Positions 39,481 through 50,016 of a stretch of DNA of 64,000 nucleotides are shown piece after piece. The DNA is from Thermomicrobiales bacterium. Its GTDB lineage: Bacteria > Chloroflexota > Chloroflexia > Thermomicrobiales > UBA6265. The DNA lies in the NCBI GenBank assembly GCA_019637585.1, contig JAHBVL010000009.1, positions 1,222 through 65,221 of the forward strand, written 5' to 3'. Numbering within the stretch: the first letter of the stretch is position 1; every line of letters begins with the position of its first letter. A program made the position numbers and the translations under genes. The notes under the pieces are model-generated. The model ran no database searches and was not told where the DNA came from. It worked only from the letters and a program-made list of their open reading frames with translations.

Positions 39481-39817
39481 AAGCCCGAAGCTGCTCTGGG
39501 ATATCCACAATGCCGCAGAGTGGATCCTTGAGTGGGCCGAAGGGAAATCCGTTGCCGAGCTCTTGAACGACGACTGGTCGCGACTCAGTGTGGAGCGGCT
39601 TCTTGAAATCCTCGGTGAGGCTGCACGCAGGCTGCGAGACTACGATCCCGAAACGGCCGACAGACTGGACAGTCTCAACCAGGCGATCGCGCTGCGAAAC
39701 ATCATTGCCCACCAGTATGACGGTATCGATTACGAGCGAATCTGGGAGATCATCCAGCAGCATCTCCCTGGACTTCGGGACGAAGCTCTGGCACTCCTTG
39801 AAGAGGCGGATGTGTGA
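39470..39817 (+). CDS. HEPN/DUF86 ribonuclease toxin (HepT-type)
   Basis: VERLLEILGEAA, RNIIAHQY (RX4HXY); overlaps the MNT stop by 11 nt. Confidence 0.9.
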   Translation: MLPRSPKLLWDIHNAAEWILEWAEGKSVAELLNDDWSRLSVERLLEILGEAARRLRDYDPETADRLDSLNQAIALRNIIAHQYDGIDYERIWEIIQQHLPGLRDEALALLEEADV

Positions 39818-39867
39818 AGTGAGTGTGTGTGATCGGTGTGTCACGCGATCATAGGGAGACTCCGCAA

Positions 39868-39896
39868 TTGACAGATTTCGTTCTCGCTGATAGCGT
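39868..39896 (+). promoter_or_regulatory. Sigma70-type promoter of the T-box/dap transcript
   Basis: TTGACA-17 bp-TAGCGT, about 20 nt before T-box stem I. Confidence 0.75.
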
Positions 39897-39914
39897 ACCT
39901 ACTCAGAAGACCGC

Positions 39915-40218
39915 AAAGGCTTCGACGAGGACGAGTAACCGGCGCGAGCGGTGCAGAGAACCGCGGTAGCTGCGAAGCGGGATCGGGACCGCCGGTGAAT
40001 AAGACCTCCGAGCTTCGCTCCGAACCGTGGCGTGCCACGCAGTAGGCGGCGACGGGGGTGGGCAACCACCAATCAGCTCCCGTTACAGGGCTGCCGGATC
40101 GCGACAATGACCACAACGCCGTCCGGAAAGCGCGTGGCGATGCCAGTCGCCGCGAATTGGGGTGGTACCACGGGCCTGACGCCGCTCGTCCCCACAAGGG
40201 GAGAGCGGTTTGTGTTTT
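39915..40218 (+). ncRNA. T-box riboswitch, transcriptional, Lys specifier (AAG)
   Basis: Stem I GAGG/CCTC and ACCGGCG/CGCCGGT; AGTA/GAA loop-E; AGAGA and GCTGCGA distal motifs; specifier loop GAA-T-AAG-A (AAG at 40001-40003); stem II GAA/AGTA; CCGTTA box; T-box AATTGGGGTGGTACCACG; antiterminator TGGGG/CCCCA plus ACGGGC/GCTCGT. Confidence 0.93.
40182..40218 (+). terminator. Intrinsic terminator of the T-box leader
   Basis: CCGCTC.TCCCC-ACAA-GGGGA-GAGCGG followed by TTTGTGTTTT; overlaps the antiterminator. Confidence 0.85.
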
Positions 40219-40267
40219 CTCCGGGTTGGGCGTCACGTTCCGTTTGCTCGTAGCGCGGGAGGTGACC

Positions 40268-40327
40268 ATGGTCAGGCACGAACACCCCAATCTGGTTCCT
40301 GTGCCCGATTTCGACATCAAGCGATAG
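40268..40327 (+). CDS. Putative 19-aa small ORF (MVRHEHPNLVPVPDFDIKR)
   Basis: GGGAGGTGA Shine-Dalgarno just upstream of the ATG; between the T-box terminator and dapA. Confidence 0.4.
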   Translation: MVRHEHPNLVPVPDFDIKR

Positions 40328-40424
40328 GCGCCGCGGCATCTGCCGCCGGCGCCGGAACAGACCGGCTCGTTCCACCGGGGAACGAGCTGCCCACGTCGTT
40401 TGACCGAAATCGGAGCTCAGAATC

Positions 40425-41351
40425 ATGATCCATATCACTCCTCCATCGACCCCATTCCTCTCGGGCGCCTACACCGCGATGATCACGCCGCTGCGCGGCG
40501 ATGAGGTCGACATCCCGGCTCTGCGCCAGATGACCGACTTCCAGATCGAGCAGGGGATCAGCGGACTCGTTCCCTGCGGCACGACCGGCGAATCGGTCAC
40601 GCTCACCGACCGTGAGTACGATCTGGTCATCGCTACGGTGATCGAGGCAGCCGGAGAGCGAGTGCCGGTGATCGCAGGTACCGGCACCAATGACACGCGG
40701 CGGACCATCGAACAGACCCGGCGGGCAGAAGAGGCCGGCGCAACGGCGGCTCTCGTAGTGGTTCCCTATTACAACAAGCCGACGCAGGAGGGGATGTTCC
40801 GGCACTTCACTGCCGTCGCTGACGCCACCGATTTGCCGATCGTCCTTTACAACGTTCCCGGCCGCACCGGGGTCAATATGAGCGCGGAGACCACTTTGCG
40901 CCTGGCCGAGCACCCGAACATCGTGGCGGTGAAGGAAGCGTCGGGCAACCTGGAGCAGATCAGCGAGATCGTGATTGGCGCACCCGAGGGATTTGCCGTC
41001 CTGTCCGGGGACGACGCGTTGACACTTCCTGTCCTGAGCGTCGGCGGTCATGGCGTCATTTCGGTGACGTCGAACATCGCGCCACGAGCCGTATCGGAGC
41101 TGGTGGAACTTGGTCTGAGCGGTGACTTCGCCGCAGCCCGGACGCGCCATCAGCATCTTTTCGGGCTGAATCGAGCCATGTTCTTCGACAACAATCCGAC
41201 GGCAGTCAAGACGGCCGCGTCGATGCTGGGGCTCTGTTCGGCGGAGCTCAGGCTGCCGCAAGTCGAGATGTCGGCCGGGAACCATGCACGGCTCGGCGAG
41301 GCGATGACCGCTTTCGGACTAATGAGCGTGCAGGCGTTGGCAGCGGACTAA
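40425..41351 (+). CDS. dapA: 4-hydroxy-tetrahydrodipicolinate synthase
   Basis: CGTTGES, PYYNKP, LYNVPGRTG, AVKEASG, LSGDD, GVISVTSN. Confidence 0.96.
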   Translation: MIHITPPSTPFLSGAYTAMITPLRGDEVDIPALRQMTDFQIEQGISGLVPCGTTGESVTLTDREYDLVIATVIEAAGERVPVIAGTGTNDTRRTIEQTRRAEEAGATAALVVVPYYNKPTQEGMFRHFTAVADATDLPIVLYNVPGRTGVNMSAETTLRLAEHPNIVAVKEASGNLEQISEIVIGAPEGFAVLSGDDALTLPVLSVGGHGVISVTSNIAPRAVSELVELGLSGDFAAARTRHQHLFGLNRAMFFDNNPTAVKTAASMLGLCSAELRLPQVEMSAGNHARLGEAMTAFGLMSVQALAAD

Positions 41352-41353
41352 TC

Positions 41354-42124
41354 ATGATCAGACTTGGCATCGGTGGTGTTCAGGGACGGATGGGGCAGGC
41401 GATCTGCGCGTCGGTGGCGTCGGTGGAGGGGATCGTTGTCACGGGCGGGGTCGTGCGGGAGGCGATCGCCGCCCATGCCGGTGACGTTCTTATCTCGGAT
41501 GATCCGGCGGAGCTGGTCGGAACGATCGATGTTCTTGTCGATGTGTCGACTCCGGACGGGGTACTGCGCAACCTGGTTGCCATGCGACAGGCATCGGTGC
41601 CCTATGTCTGTGGCGTGACTGGTTTGTCCGATGAGCACCAGGACGCGCTCATGGCCGCTGCCGTTGACATCCCGGTGCTTCTCGCTCCGAACTTCAGCGT
41701 TGGTGTTGCGGCGGTGACCCGGATACTCGAGCTTGCCGCGACGCTTCTCGCCGATGCCGATGTGGAGATCGTCGAAACCCACCATCGCCGTAAACAGGAC
41801 GCGCCGTCCGGCACCGCTTTGCTCTTTGCCGATGCGATCGAACGAGCCCGTTGTGCAGCAGCACAGCGAGTGCATGGCCGAGAGGGCGTCGGTCCTCGCC
41901 AGCTAGGTGAAATGGGTATTCATTCAGTGCGTGGCGGAGGCAACTCCGGCGAGCATCGCATCCTCTTCGCCATGGATGGAGAGGAAGTCGCCATCGAGCA
42001 TCGGGCGCTGGCCCGTTCCACGTTTGCCGACGGCGCCGTCCACGCGGCCCGGTGGATCGCCGGAAAACCACCCGGCCGCTATACGATGCAGGACGTGATC
42101 GAGCTCACCGTGCCGGAGATGTAG
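41354..42124 (+). CDS. dapB: 4-hydroxy-tetrahydrodipicolinate reductase
   Basis: GRMG, APNFSVG, ETHHRRKQDAPSGTA, HSVRGG, GEH, FADGA. Confidence 0.96.
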   Translation: MIRLGIGGVQGRMGQAICASVASVEGIVVTGGVVREAIAAHAGDVLISDDPAELVGTIDVLVDVSTPDGVLRNLVAMRQASVPYVCGVTGLSDEHQDALMAAAVDIPVLLAPNFSVGVAAVTRILELAATLLADADVEIVETHHRRKQDAPSGTALLFADAIERARCAAAQRVHGREGVGPRQLGEMGIHSVRGGGNSGEHRILFAMDGEEVAIEHRALARSTFADGAVHAARWIAGKPPGRYTMQDVIELTVPEM

Positions 42125-42180
42125 CGGCAACGCCTGCGTTGCTCGTCGTCAGAGACGAGCGAGGCAGGCCTCGCCGCTAC
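42121..42180. repeat. REP family A inverted pair; its GTAG supplies the dapB stop codon
   Basis: GTAGCGGCAACGCCTGCGTTGC ... GCGAGGCAGGCCTCGCCGCTAC. Confidence 0.88.
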
Positions 42181-42201
42181 CTCCTGACGAGAGCCAGGCC
42201 C

Positions 42202-43398
42202 TCACGGAGTCAGCACTAGGTCTGCTGATCGGCCGGCAACGCGCCGAAAGACGGGCAGGGCCCGTTCGACCATCGCGTCATTCGCGGTCAGGGAAAAGCG
42301 CACCCATCCCGGCATTTCGAAGAAGCTGCCGGGCATGACGAACACGTCCTCCGCGGCGAGTTGCTCGGTGAACGCCAGATCGTCGTCGTTCGGAGCCCGG
42401 CAGAGCACGTAGAACGTCGCGGCTGGCATCGTTGCGGTGAATCCCGCGTTGCGCAGTCCGCCGACCAGGAGATCGCGTCGCCGTTGCAGCTGATCGATGT
42501 CGATCGACAGGCTTTCCAGTTCCGCCAGACTGTGATGGAGCAGCGTGTTGGGCATCGCCCAGCCGGTCATCATCTGACTCATCACCAGGGCATCGCGCAG
42601 ATCTTCGCGACCGTGCATGCCAGGCGGCATGGCGATGTATCCCAGCCGCTCTCCGGGGATCAGCAGCGTCTTGCCGTAGGTGTAGATGAGAAACGTATGC
42701 GGATAGAACGCCGCGGGAGAGGGAGCCGACCCGCCGTCGAAAACGATCCTCCGGTATGCCTCGTCGGAAAGAAGGTAGATCGGTTTGTCGCGACCAGCCG
42801 ACGCGCGGGTCAGCACCGACGCAACGTCCTTCAGCCGCGATGGAGAGGCGATCGTCCCGGTTGGATTGTGCGGCGAGTTGAGAATCACCGCCTGCGTGCG
42901 AGGCGTGATGGCCGCTTCGATCGCCGCTGGATCGATCTCCAGTGTCTCCGGATTCACATCCACGCGAACCGGCATCGCCCCCGCTGCCTGGATCAGTGCG
43001 CGATAGAAGAACCAGGGAGGGCTGATGTAGATGACCTCGCTGCCCGGCTCGATCGCCGCTCGCATCGTCACGGACAGTCCCGCGAACGCGCCATTCGTCA
43101 GGACGATGTCCTCCGGTTCGAATACGACGCCGGTTTGATCGCCGATCGATTGCGCCACGACAGCCTGGGAAGCGGGAACGGCGATCTTGTAGGCGTGCCA
43201 ATCGGGAGATTGGGGCGGCACTGCTCTGCTGAGCGCCTGAGTCACGCCAGGGAGGACCCCGTCGTGAGGATTGCCCAGGACGAAATCGGAGATGCCCGGC
43301 TGGCCGGCTCGTTGCGACCACCGTGATGTCGACATGAAATCGAGGAGACCGTGAAACTCGGCAAGCGCAGTGCTTGCCAGATGCGACATCGTATTCAT
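42202..43398 (-). CDS. PLP-dependent aminotransferase class I/II
   Basis: LNSPHNPTG, SDEAY, YTYGKTLLIPGERLGY, WVRFSL; GGAGG RBS. Confidence 0.9.
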   Translation of the reverse strand: MNTMSHLASTALAEFHGLLDFMSTSRWSQRAGQPGISDFVLGNPHDGVLPGVTQALSRAVPPQSPDWHAYKIAVPASQAVVAQSIGDQTGVVFEPEDIVLTNGAFAGLSVTMRAAIEPGSEVIYISPPWFFYRALIQAAGAMPVRVDVNPETLEIDPAAIEAAITPRTQAVILNSPHNPTGTIASPSRLKDVASVLTRASAGRDKPIYLLSDEAYRRIVFDGGSAPSPAAFYPHTFLIYTYGKTLLIPGERLGYIAMPPGMHGREDLRDALVMSQMMTGWAMPNTLLHHSLAELESLSIDIDQLQRRRDLLVGGLRNAGFTATMPAATFYVLCRAPNDDDLAFTEQLAAEDVFVMPGSFFEMPGWVRFSLTANDAMVERALPVFRRVAGRSADLVLTP

Positions 43399-43452
43399 TT
43401 TTGCCTCCAGTACCAGAATGATGTGCTACGACGCTGGAGAGCGATGGTCCTC

Positions 43453-45923
<2,471 letters not shown>

Positions 45924-46038
45924 TGCCTTCCGGTCTTGCTGAGCGCTGAACTGTGACAGTGCCGCGCGTCCCGGCTATGCCGGTGCGCGTAATCTGTCGA
46001 TGGTAGCACGGACAGGGGAGTTGGATGGCGTTTGAGTG

Positions 46039-46183
46039 CATAGTAGATAGTAGAAGGTGGATGGGAGATAGCTTGGTGTGCGGAGTGCTCGAGAGTAAGA
46101 GGGGCTAGGGCCGATCCGTGTCCCCGGCCTTCCATGAACTACGCGAAATCAACTATCAACTATGCACTATCTACTATGAACTA
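46039..46183. repeat. Facing heptamer arrays with a 13-bp perfect inverted repeat
   Basis: CATAGTAGATAGT (46039-46051) versus ACTATCTACTATG (46166-46178); the (NACTATS)x4 array ends in the L,D-transpeptidase stop. Confidence 0.75.
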
Positions 46184-47446
46184 CTCGGTAACAATCACCT
46201 CAGTCCCCAACGGAGCCCAGCCGTAGAGGAACTCCGCCATCTGCAGCGGCAGATTGACGCAGCCGTGACTCATGGGGTTGCCGAAGTTGTTATGCCAGTA
46301 GGCGCCATGGAGGGCTTCCGCGTCATAGTTGAAGTACATGACGTTGGGGACGTCTTTGACCACGTAGGCTTCCTCGTTCGCCCGGGCCCCTGAACCGGCT
46401 TCGTTCGCCGCTTCTTCGCCCATCGCCACCACGGCGCCGCTCGAATCGACCGTTCCCGCCATATCCTGCTTTTTCAGCTTGTAGCGGACGTGGAAATGAC
46501 CCCGCTCCGTATTGTTTGGCGCCAGACCGGTGCTCACCAGCGTCTGGGTGACGATCGTGTCCCCCTGGTAGGCCGTCAGCAGTTGCTGACTGATGCTGAT
46601 GTGAATCGATCGCTTGCCGGGTGCATAGAGATCGCCGAGTGGGTTGGGATTGGCCACGGTGTAGAACAGGGACTCATCGTAAACAGGAAGTCCGGAACTC
46701 GATGCCGGCGTCAGGTCGATCCCCAGATGCCCGGCCATCTCGGAGCCAAGCGGCGCCAGCCGCACACCCGTTTCCGGATGCTCCATCAGGATCGCTCCCT
46801 GGAAATACTGGATCGTCAAACCGCGCTCGCGCACCGGCTGGCTGATCGGTTCGCCGAGGTAGTAGTAGCCCTCGTGGGTCACGTACCAGTCGTAGAACGC
46901 GCCGGAGATGGTGTGTCCGGTTGTCTCGGACCATGTTCCGCCGGCGTTGATCGCCGCTGATGCCGTCACGCCCGAAGGATCAACTGATTTCCAGGCGGCG
47001 GATCGACGATCGCCACCACCATTGCCGCGGCGGCCATCTTCCCGGAAGGCGCCCGCCCGGTCATCGAGAATGCGCTGGCCGACGGGCATCAGCGTGACCG
47101 ATGGCAGATCGGTCCAGACCATTTCTAAAACGAACTGGAAGATGCCGTTTTCGAACGCCTGGCTATAGAGGCCATTCCCCGCGGCAAATGGTTCCGAAAT
47201 CGGCAGACCATACACGGATTCCCCGCCATTGGCGCGCCAGTAGTCGAGGAAATAGCCGCGGAGGGTGTGCTCGGTCTGTGGGAAATAGACCTGCAGGGAG
47301 GTCTGCCCCAGATCGCCCGGCAGATTGACGTTGGCGAACTGTTCCAGATTCGCGTTGGCCGCCGCGACCGGAGCAGATTGGAGAGGCAGAGCCGCCGGGC
47401 CGAAAAGCGACAGCGCGAAGAGCAGCGCAACCAGTCGAGTTTTCAT
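46181..47446 (-). CDS. Secreted L,D-transpeptidase (YkuD domain) with N-terminal YFPxTxH repeats
   Basis: Signal peptide; YFPQTEHTL..GLPISE and TGHTISGAF..GEPISQ repeats; HGAYWHNNFGNPMSHGCVNL. Confidence 0.92.
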   Translation of the reverse strand: MKTRLVALLFALSLFGPAALPLQSAPVAAANANLEQFANVNLPGDLGQTSLQVYFPQTEHTLRGYFLDYWRANGGESVYGLPISEPFAAGNGLYSQAFENGIFQFVLEMVWTDLPSVTLMPVGQRILDDRAGAFREDGRRGNGGGDRRSAAWKSVDPSGVTASAAINAGGTWSETTGHTISGAFYDWYVTHEGYYYLGEPISQPVRERGLTIQYFQGAILMEHPETGVRLAPLGSEMAGHLGIDLTPASSSGLPVYDESLFYTVANPNPLGDLYAPGKRSIHISISQQLLTAYQGDTIVTQTLVSTGLAPNNTERGHFHVRYKLKKQDMAGTVDSSGAVVAMGEEAANEAGSGARANEEAYVVKDVPNVMYFNYDAEALHGAYWHNNFGNPMSHGCVNLPLQMAEFLYGWAPLGTEVIVTE

Positions 47447-47607
47447 CGTTGAACAATCCCTCTGAATTCGTCGTCCGCCGGGTGTCGCTGGCGACTGGCC
47501 CGAGTCCTATCTCTGTGTCATCGAAACCGAATTCAGGAAGGGTTTTCGATGACGCTGCGGTCTCACTAGACTAGCACGGAGACAGCCAACTGACTACCTT
47601 GAGAAGA

Positions 47608-47630
47608 TATACGTACACAATGTACGTATA
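47608..47630. promoter_or_regulatory. Perfect AT-rich palindrome TATACGTACA-CAA-TGTACGTATA (candidate operator)
   Basis: 10-3-10 inverted repeat about 160 bp upstream of the L,D-transpeptidase gene. Confidence 0.55.
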
Positions 47631-47671
47631 GATCCGAGGGAGAGAAGGAAATCGCCGAGTGTTGGGACTCC

Positions 47672-48508
47672 CTATGCTCCCCGGACCTCGTTGATCGCTT
47701 TCCTGATCTGCTCGGCCGCGCTCCTCGCCGCCGACGCGAAGTCACGATCCTTGCTCACATAGGTCACGCTGCGAGAAGCGTTAGGAATCAGTCCCAAACC
47801 GTTGGCATCGACGCCGACTTCCACCGTCGCCCGGAGATCCCCCTGCTGCTGACCGATACCGGGCATCAGAATGAGCTGGTCGGGGCAGATCTCCCGGACG
47901 CGCCGCAGGTGATCGGGATAGGTGGCGCCGACGACCAGACCCACGCTGGCCGGGTTGGTGTCGTTCCAGACCCGCGATCGGGCTGCGACCCGTTCGAAGA
48001 GAGCCTCCCCAGGACCTTCTCCAGCAACGGGGACATCCTGGAATTCGCCGCTGCCAGGGTTGCTCGTTTTGCAGAGCACGAACACGCCCCGGCGCTCATC
48101 CGCCATGAACGGGGCGAGACCATCTTCTCCCATATAGGGAGCGATCGTGACGGCATCGAAATCCCACGCGCCGAAGAGCCCCGTGACATAGCTGGCTGAT
48201 GTATTGAAGAAATCGCCCAGTTTGCAGTCGAGGATCACCGGAATCGATGGATCGATCAGCTTGCGTGTCTCCACAAGGGCGTGAAGGCCAGGCAATCCGT
48301 ACGCCACATAGAACCCGAGATTGGGTTTGTAGGCGCAGACGAGGTCCGACGTCGCATTGATGATCTCGCGATTGAAGTCGACGATCGTCTTCGCAATGTC
48401 ATCGGAGACAAGGTGCCCCGGGTAGCTCTCGATTGCGGGATCAAGCCCGATGCAGAGGAGCGAATTCGCCCTTGTCGCAGCCGCGTCGATCTTCTTCCGG
48501 AACGTCAT
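47672..48508 (-). CDS. pyrF: Orotidine-5'-phosphate decarboxylase (subfamily 2)
   Basis: LCIGLDP, YKPN, LDCKLGD, KTSNPGS, GLVVGAT, LMPGIGQQQGD, NASRS. Confidence 0.95.
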   Translation of the reverse strand: MTFRKKIDAAATRANSLLCIGLDPAIESYPGHLVSDDIAKTIVDFNREIINATSDLVCAYKPNLGFYVAYGLPGLHALVETRKLIDPSIPVILDCKLGDFFNTSASYVTGLFGAWDFDAVTIAPYMGEDGLAPFMADERRGVFVLCKTSNPGSGEFQDVPVAGEGPGEALFERVAARSRVWNDTNPASVGLVVGATYPDHLRRVREICPDQLILMPGIGQQQGDLRATVEVGVDANGLGLIPNASRSVTYVSKDRDFASAARSAAEQIRKAINEVRGA

Positions 48509-48604
48509 TCGTGCCTCCCGCGCTCACGCCAATCAGCCGCAGCGCACATAGCGCTGGCGACAGACATGCGTCACATACCGTCCGGAGAGAGAAGTGTAGC
48601 GTAT

Positions 48605-48784
48605 TGGGAAATGGGAAATGGGAAATGGGAAATGGTTGATGGGCAAAGGGCAAAGGGCAAAGGGCAAAGGGCAAACGGCAAAGGGCAAAGGGCAAGAGAC
48701 AAGAGACAAAGGGAGGGAAGAGAGCAAAGGGGAAGAGAACGAGAACCCTCTCCCGCGGTCGGGAGAGGGCAGGGTGAGGGATAT
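48605..48784 (+). repeat. Long heptamer-period array (TGGGAAA)x4, (GGGCAAA)x~8 and degenerate units, followed by a family E palindrome
   Basis: 7-bp periodicity over about 48605-48735; CCCTCTCCCGCGGTCGGGAGAGGGCAGGGTGAGGGATAT at 48746-48784. Confidence 0.9.
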
Positions 48785-49044
48785 TCGTCTTGCCGTCTTG
48801 CCGCCTCCCCGTGCTACACTGACCGGGCTTTCGCGGGAGGGTGGAGTTGCGGGTTCCTTGTGCACATTGGGGGACCGCATGACGAATCTCTGGCCGCTCG
48901 CGTACACTGCGTTCCCCGGCGCATTTTTCTCTTGTTGAACCGATACCCCGCACAATCCGGTGGCTCGCCGCCGCGTGGTGGATGCGACGAATGACAGATA
49001 CTGCTTCAGTCGGGGGACGAGGGAACGAACGCATCGACGATCCG

Positions 49045-50016
49045 ATGCGCATCCCCACGCTCAAGGATGTCTACAAGGCTCGGCAAATCGTCGATCGCTA
49101 CTTGCCGCGCACACCACTGATTCCCTCCCCGGTCCTCTCAGAAAAGCTCGGTTGCGAGCTCTACCTCAAGTGCGAGAATCTGCAGCCGATCGGCGCATTC
49201 AAGATTCGCGGCGGTATCAATCTCCTCGCCAATTTGCCGGAATCGATTCGCCAGCGTGGCGTTGTCGGATGCTCGACCGGAAATCACGGACAGTCGATCG
49301 CCTGGGCGGCCCGGCAATTCAACACCCGCGCTGTCATCTATATGCCGGAAATCAGCAACCCGGTGAAGGTCGAGTCGATGCTTCGCCTGGGAGCCGAAGT
49401 GGTTTTCGAGGGGCATGACTTCGACGCGGCAAGACTTGCCGCCGAGGCTCGCGCTGAAGCGGAAGGTCTCTACTACGTTCACTCGGCGAACGAGGCTCGT
49501 CTCATCGAAGGCGTCGGAACCTACGCACTCGAAATCCTGGAAACGGTTCCCGATCTCGACTATCTCTTCGTGCCGATCGGCGCAGGGAGCGGCGCTTGCG
49601 GATCGGTGATCGCCGGCAAGGGGATCAATCCCGATCTCAAGGTGATTGGCGTGCAAGCCGCCGGCGCTCCGGTGGTGCACGATTCGGTCAAAGCCGGACA
49701 ACTGCTTTCCTATGACACTATGGCAACCTTCGCCGAAGGGCTGGCGACTCGGGTAGCATTCGAGTTGCCGGTGCGAATCATGCGAGAAGGCATTGACGAT
49801 ATCGTGCTGGTGACGGATGCTGAAATGCGTCAGGCACTCGTGACGTTGTTGTTCTCACACCGTCTGCTCGCTGAAGGGGCTGGTGCAGCATCCCTGGCGG
49901 CGGCAAGGAATCTGGCGGATACCTTACGGGGGAAGAAGGTGGCGGCAGTCATCAGCGGCGGAAATTTCCCACAGGATGCGTTGCGTCAGGCGCTGGATGA
50001 GGAGCGACCCTGGTGA
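49045..50016 (+). CDS. Threonine/serine dehydratase-racemase family (PLP fold II, no ACT domain)
   Basis: KCENLQPIGAFKIRG, STGNHGQ, PIGAGSG, AEGAGAA, ISGGN. Start may be 48991. Confidence 0.88.
   Translation: MRIPTLKDVYKARQIVDRYLPRTPLIPSPVLSEKLGCELYLKCENLQPIGAFKIRGGINLLANLPESIRQRGVVGCSTGNHGQSIAWAARQFNTRAVIYMPEISNPVKVESMLRLGAEVVFEGHDFDAARLAAEARAEAEGLYYVHSANEARLIEGVGTYALEILETVPDLDYLFVPIGAGSGACGSVIAGKGINPDLKVIGVQAAGAPVVHDSVKAGQLLSYDTMATFAEGLATRVAFELPVRIMREGIDDIVLVTDAEMRQALVTLLFSHRLLAEGAGAASLAAARNLADTLRGKKVAAVISGGNFPQDALRQALDEERPW

Noticed and set aside
39900-40420. Lysine (L-box) riboswitch, and the ORFs 39841-40320, 40058-40327 and 40073-40438
   Set aside because: The region is fully explained by T-box motifs; the long ORFs overlap the structured RNA and lack protein features.
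48509-48990. PyrR attenuator upstream of pyrF; ORFs 48281-48994, 48441-49064 and 48533-48955
   Set aside because: No ARTCCAGAGAGG loop is present; the ORFs are translations of heptamer repeats.
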